From an uncultured Gammaproteobacteria bacterium (GTDB lineage Bacteria > Patescibacteriota > Patescibacteriia > Magasanikbacterales > UBA922), in assembly GCA_964447765.1 (NCBI GenBank), contig CAYUTO010000003.1, positions 72,919 to 136,918 of the forward strand: a DNA stretch of 64,000 nucleotides, written 5' to 3'. The position numbers and the translations under genes were made by a program. The notes below the pieces were generated by a model. The model saw only the letters and a program-made list of their open reading frames with translations. It searched no databases and was not told where the DNA came from. This document shows, piece after piece, positions 60,003 to 64,000 of the stretch (positions are counted from its first letter, which is position 1; each line of letters begins with the position of its first letter).

Positions 60003-60055
60003 ACCTTTCGTCCTTATCTTCAGGACTCATCAGTTCATGTTTCACATGAAGAGGT
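60003..60055 (-). ncRNA. Type III hammerhead ribozyme
   Basis: Minus strand reads ACC-UC / UUCAUG-ugaaa-CAUGAA / CUGAUGA / GUCCU-gaagaua-AGGAC / GAAA-GGU: full conserved core, three stems, CUC triplet. Confidence 0.88.
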
Positions 60056-60127
60056 CGGCCGTTTTTTTGAGGTACGGCGTAACCTCTCTCCGTTTTACGA
60101 AATGGAGATAAAACTTATACGTAAGGA

Positions 60128-60460
60128 TCAATCAGACTTCTGGTTCATCGCCTCCCACGTCTCTTCGAGAGACTTGCGCACTGCCTCTTGCTCGTGGAAT
60201 TCTCTGTTCACCTTCAGGACAAGGTCCTTCAGATTCAGGAGTATGAAGTAAAGCACGATATCATCTTCTTCGGACAACCCCTTGTCCGAATAGTAGATCC
60301 CTCGAGCTTCGGAGTATTTAACACTCCCTTTCTCCTTTTCTCCGGTCACCTGGACTTCCACTTCCACCACCCATGCGAGACCAGTGATACGGTCTCTGAT
60401 GGCGTCGGAGATCGCGGTAATCTGAAGTACCCACTGCTCTCGCTTGATTTTACTGTTCAT
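60128..60460 (-). CDS. Orphan protein (stand-alone cassette with ribozyme in 3' UTR)
   Basis: AAGGGG RBS, TTGACA at 60591-60596, 110-aa ORF. Confidence 0.7.
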   Translation of the reverse strand: MNSKIKREQWVLQITAISDAIRDRITGLAWVVEVEVQVTGEKEKGSVKYSEARGIYYSDKGLSEEDDIVLYFILLNLKDLVLKVNREFHEQEAVRKSLEETWEAMNQKSD

Positions 60461-60592
60461 TCAGTTCCCCTTGGTGGCCATTACAGACCGATTGAAATGC
60501 ACACAAACCTAGAAACCAACTTTGATTTCCACCATTGTGCGCACTTATACTTAAAGGAGAATGATTTAGTTAACCAAAATAAGCGCTTGTTG

Positions 60593-60853
60593 TCAAGGCT
60601 TATCTATTCCACCTTTGGACCAGGGATTACATCGAATTATCCGCCAGGCCGCTCTGGGTAGACCCTGGATCACTCCATATTTTTTGATTACTTGATACCC
60701 ATACTCACTACAACTCGGAGTAAATTTACAATATCCATAGGGAAATTTTGCCTTCATAGGCCCATGATCAGGTGAAAGTGTTCGCTGATACACCCGAATA
60801 ACAAATAGGAGTATATTTTTGGGAATGGTAATAATAAAACGAAGTAATCGCAT
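60593..60853 (-). CDS. yidD: Membrane protein insertion efficiency factor YidD
   Basis: YQRTLSP, CKFTPSCSEY, RIIRCNPWSKGGIDKP. Confidence 0.95.
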   Translation of the reverse strand: MRLLRFIITIPKNILLFVIRVYQRTLSPDHGPMKAKFPYGYCKFTPSCSEYGYQVIKKYGVIQGLPRAAWRIIRCNPWSKGGIDKP

Positions 60854-60883
60854 ATTTTAGCTTAGTTGAGAGAAAAAAGACGA

Positions 60884-61261
60884 TTAGATGAGTAATCGAG
60901 CTTTTTTGAGAATAGATTCAATATCCTGAGTAATATCAGCATATTCTGCGCTAAAAAGCTTTGGAGTAGATAAAAATGCAATAAAGTAGCCTTCTTTAAT
61001 TCTTTTATCCTTAAGGAGCAGACGAACCACTTCTCGCATCTGCCGCTTCACTCGATTACGCCCCACAGCTTTCTTTTCATGCTTCACACTCGCTACAAAC
61101 CCGATTTTTAGATCATTTTCTACATATCCACGCTTAGGATACTTAGCCGGATCAATTTTCCAGATCTTTGCCCCCACAATATTACCCGACACAAATCTAC
61201 CCTCTTTAAAAAGGATTTCAAAGTCTTTCATTTTTTTAAGCCTACACTCCTGAGATAACAT
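60884..61261 (-). CDS. rnpA: Ribonuclease P protein component
   Basis: RLKK..DF, KAVGRNRVKRQMRE (RNR motif); rpmH-rnpA-yidD order. Confidence 0.93.
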   Translation of the reverse strand: MLSQECRLKKMKDFEILFKEGRFVSGNIVGAKIWKIDPAKYPKRGYVENDLKIGFVASVKHEKKAVGRNRVKRQMREVVRLLLKDKRIKEGYFIAFLSTPKLFSAEYADITQDIESILKKARLLI

Positions 61262-61387
61262 AGCTAAATTGTGTACGCCTTCATAAAGATACAAATTTTC
61301 TTTCGACTTTATGGACTTTCCGACTTTTGACTAAAGGTAAGTATAACACAAAGCCCCGTTTGAGCGAGGCTTTGAATTTGTTCAAGT

Positions 61388-61564
61388 TTATCTGGTCTTT
61401 TGAGTGCGTTTTCCTTTGCGTTCGCTACTCACCGTGAGTTTTTTTCGACCCTTAGCGCGTCGGCGCTTGAGTATATCACGACCATCTTTTGTCCTCATTT
61501 TTTTCAAAAAACCATGGGTTTTTGCTCGTTTTCGTTTTTTTGGTTGATACTTTCGCTTTGGCAT
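61388..61564 (-). CDS. rpmH: 50S ribosomal protein L34
   Basis: [35 protein letters not shown]. Confidence 0.96.
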   Translation of the reverse strand: MPKRKYQPKKRKRAKTHGFLKKMRTKDGRDILKRRRAKGRKKLTVSSERKGKRTQKTR

Positions 61565-61759
61565 ACAAATGCTCCTTAAGTAATTACTAATAAATACACT
61601 ATACACTATTTTACCTGTTTTGTCAAGAAAAATTCCGTAATTTTAGAGAATTTGGAAGCCTCGCACCAGAACTCTATGTCCGAAATGGACATTTAGAGAC
61701 TGGTGCGAGACCAACGACTTGCCCGTCTTTCGAATACGGCTTTTAAGTCCGAGCGATGC

Positions 61760-62041
61760 TCAGACCTTTGGCCGTCCGAAAAAGACTCTCCCAACACTTT
61801 GCCCGTCCGGCAAGGGGACCTCGTAGGTCTCCCTGGGTCCGACCACGTACTGACTGCTCATGTTCGGACCATTCAGCTTGAAGGCCAGATGGTTGTCCTC
61901 GTAGTTCGTCATCTCGACGATGTTGAGGCTTTTCCGACCACGCTCTCGCTTTCGCTTGATTTTGACCTCTGCCACTCCCTTGCGGCGCACTCGACTATCA
62001 GTCGAGAGATTGCCATTCAGCTGTCTCCAGTCAATGTCCAT
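61760..62041 (-). CDS. Orphan protein inserted between rpmH and dnaA
   Basis: TTGACA at 62106-62111, GAGGAG RBS, long 3' hairpins 61660-61750. Confidence 0.65.
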   Translation of the reverse strand: MDIDWRQLNGNLSTDSRVRRKGVAEVKIKRKRERGRKSLNIVEMTNYEDNHLAFKLNGPNMSSQYVVGPRETYEVPLPDGQSVGRVFFGRPKV

Positions 62042-62146
62042 GCGTGCTTGCTCCTCTGAAGTTAGACTACCCGAGCTGCAATAGTAAACAAGAAAAACGC
62101 TTATTTGTCAATAATTTTTATTTCAGGCATACTAGATTTCCTCACA

Positions 62147-62175
62147 TTATCCACATCATCCACAGTTAATCCACA
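62147..62175 (+). promoter_or_regulatory. DnaA-box cluster upstream of dnaA
   Basis: TTATCCACA, TCATCCACA and TAATCCACA in tandem. Confidence 0.85.
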
Positions 62176-62254
62176 TCCTGTGCACTTCTTGCCTATAACC
62201 CACGATACTTCGAATTTTCAAACTGTGTTACAATTCCACACATAAAAAAACGTT

Positions 62255-63643
62255 ATGACCAATTACGAAATTTGGCAGTCAGTTCTCGCTGAATTCGAAC
62301 TCACACTCTCTAAAGCAAACTTCACTACCTGGTTTAAAAATACCGGTATTTCTCAATATGAGAATGGTAGCGTTGTTGTGTGTGTTCCAAATGCATTCAC
62401 CAAAAGCTGGCTCGAAAAAAAATATCATACTACCATTGTTAAAATCTTAGAACGCGTCACCGGAAAGCCCGTAAAAAAGATTGATTACGTAGTCGACAAT
62501 GTACGAAATATCAAAGAACAAGAATGCGGACCTACCTCTCTCGAGGCTGCAAAAACCCCTTCGTTTCACTCTTCGATTGCACCACTTCCTAAAAAGGCTT
62601 TATTAGTTCAGCAATTTGGTCTTAACCCTAAATACGTTTTTGAAACATTTGTCGTAGGTAAAGGCAATGAACTCGCTCATGCCGCTTCTCAAGCCGTAGC
62701 TTCTCGCCCAGGTGAAGCGTATAACCCACTCTTTATCTATGGTGGTGTAGGGCTAGGAAAGACTCACTTGATCCAGGCTATTGGACATACCATGCTCGCT
62801 GCCAACCCTAATGTGAAAATTCTCTACGTAAGTTCTGAGAAATTTACCAATGAGTTTGTAGCATCTATTAAAGAAGGTCGTGCCAAAGAATTCAAAGACC
62901 GCTACCGAAACGTGGACTTACTTTTGATCGATGATATTCAATTTATTGGAGGCAAGGAACAGACTCAAGAAGAATTCTTCCACACTTTTAACGAACTTCA
63001 TCAGATGGGTAAACAAGTAGTCATGACGAGTGACCGACCCCCAAAGGCTATCCCAGCCCTCGAAGATCGTCTTCGAAGTCGATTTGAATGGGGTATGATT
63101 GCCGATGTGTCTCAACCAGACCTAGAAACTCGTATTGCTATTATCCAAAAGAAAGCACAAGAACGTCAATTTCCTATTTCTACTGATATCCAAGCTCTGA
63201 TTGCAACGAACATCCAGAGTAATATTCGCGAACTCGAAGGTGCTTTGAATAAAATTATAGCCTTCCATGAGCTCAAAAATACTCCCCCAACTGAAGAATC
63301 TATTCGACACATCCTCTCAAGCTTTCAAGAACAAAACATGCGCCGCTCTCTTACTCCTAAAGACTTAATCGAGGAGGTTAACAAGTTTTATGACATTAAA
63401 CTTGAAGATACCTTAGGCAAGAGTCGAGAGAAGCGTTTTGCTTTCCCTAGACAAGTGATCATGTACCTCATGCGAGAAGAGCTCAAACTGTCTTATCCAA
63501 GTATTGGGGAAGAGCTTGGTGGACGCGACCATACAACTGCAATGCATGCTCATTCTAAAATTGTGTTACAGATAGAGAATGATCTTAAATTAAGACAGGA
63601 TATGGAGCTTATTAAGCAGAGGTTATACACAAACAAAATCTAA
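62255..63643 (+). CDS. dnaA: Chromosomal replication initiator DnaA
   Basis: YNPLFIYGGVGLGKTHL, LLIDDIQF, RLRSRF, GGRDHTT. Confidence 0.98.
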   Translation: MTNYEIWQSVLAEFELTLSKANFTTWFKNTGISQYENGSVVVCVPNAFTKSWLEKKYHTTIVKILERVTGKPVKKIDYVVDNVRNIKEQECGPTSLEAAKTPSFHSSIAPLPKKALLVQQFGLNPKYVFETFVVGKGNELAHAASQAVASRPGEAYNPLFIYGGVGLGKTHLIQAIGHTMLAANPNVKILYVSSEKFTNEFVASIKEGRAKEFKDRYRNVDLLLIDDIQFIGGKEQTQEEFFHTFNELHQMGKQVVMTSDRPPKAIPALEDRLRSRFEWGMIADVSQPDLETRIAIIQKKAQERQFPISTDIQALIATNIQSNIRELEGALNKIIAFHELKNTPPTEESIRHILSSFQEQNMRRSLTPKDLIEEVNKFYDIKLEDTLGKSREKRFAFPRQVIMYLMREELKLSYPSIGEELGGRDHTTAMHAHSKIVLQIENDLKLRQDMELIKQRLYTNKI

Positions 63644-63880
63644 TTTCTGTGCATAACTAAGCTAAAAAGTGTATATAAGGCGGTGGGCAGAAAGGGGAGA
63701 AGTAAATCTTTTCCACAGGTACTATCCACTTCATTTATTCCATGCACTTTCTGTTCTTTGTCTCCCCACCATGTTTCCACAACACAAAATCAAAATCTCC
63801 GCTGTGTTTAGCTCTAAAAATAACTTATCCCCTCTATTCACAGCCTCTATTATTATCTACTAGATATATATTATATAAAG
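63623..63880. other. oriC (dnaA-dnaN intergenic) with DnaA boxes, DnaA-trios and AT-rich unwinding region
   Basis: TTATACACA, TGTGCATAA, TTTTCCACA, tandem TTATCCCCT-CTATTCACA, then GCCT, CTATTATTATCTACTA and an AT-only tract. Confidence 0.85.
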
Positions 63881-63890
63881 AGAGACAAAT

Positions 63891-64000
63891 ATGAAATTAA
63901 CATCCACACGTGAAAATTTATTGTATAGTCTGGATATTGCAAGTACATTCGCAGGAAAGCATGCAAACCTACCAATATTACAAAACATACTAATTCGAGC
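63891..64000 (+). CDS. dnaN: DNA polymerase III beta clamp, N-terminal part
   Basis: MKLTSTRENLLYSLDIASTFAGKHANLPILQNILI matches the DnaN start (LPIL.N.L); follows dnaA. Confidence 0.88.
   Translation, partial: MKLTSTRENLLYSLDIASTFAGKHANLPILQNILIR

Noticed and set aside
60038-60053. Second parS-like site TGTTTCACATGAAGAG
   Set aside because: The right half departs from the palindrome, and the sequence is fully explained as hammerhead stem I; dual use is not excluded.

Overview
Origin-proximal 64 kb of a small-genome bacterium, most likely Patescibacteria/CPR. This is inferred from the tandem VirB2/TrbC-like pilin array, a type IV pilus operon with no secretin in the window, a type-2 IleRS and mostly SD-less AT-rich gene starts. 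Housekeeping content includes ruvA (partial), pepA, ileS with a T-box leader, rpiB-rpe-trxB, a Xer-type recombinase, three tRNAs, galU, rpsF-ssb-rpsR, pilBCMNO, tig, polA, ndh, holA, rpsT, rmuC, ychF, yidD-rnpA-rpmH, dnaA, oriC, the dnaN start and a parS site. The most striking unannotated signal lies between 40 and 62 kb: about 13 orphan genes sit in self-contained cassettes with a sigma70-like promoter, a clear Shine-Dalgarno site, more G/C-ending codons and a heavily structured 3' UTR. Those UTRs contain a complete type III hammerhead ribozyme core with an upstream H-type pseudoknot (60.0-60.1 kb), a two-copy kissing-loop RNA with fully covarying loops (54.9 and 56.0 kb), another pseudoknot (43.0 kb) and a duplicated terminator-promoter-leader module (43.7-44.7 kb). 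Several families of heptamer-periodic inverted repeats are scattered through intergenic regions, and one has entered ileS in frame. All calls were made by eye; no searches or folding programs were run.
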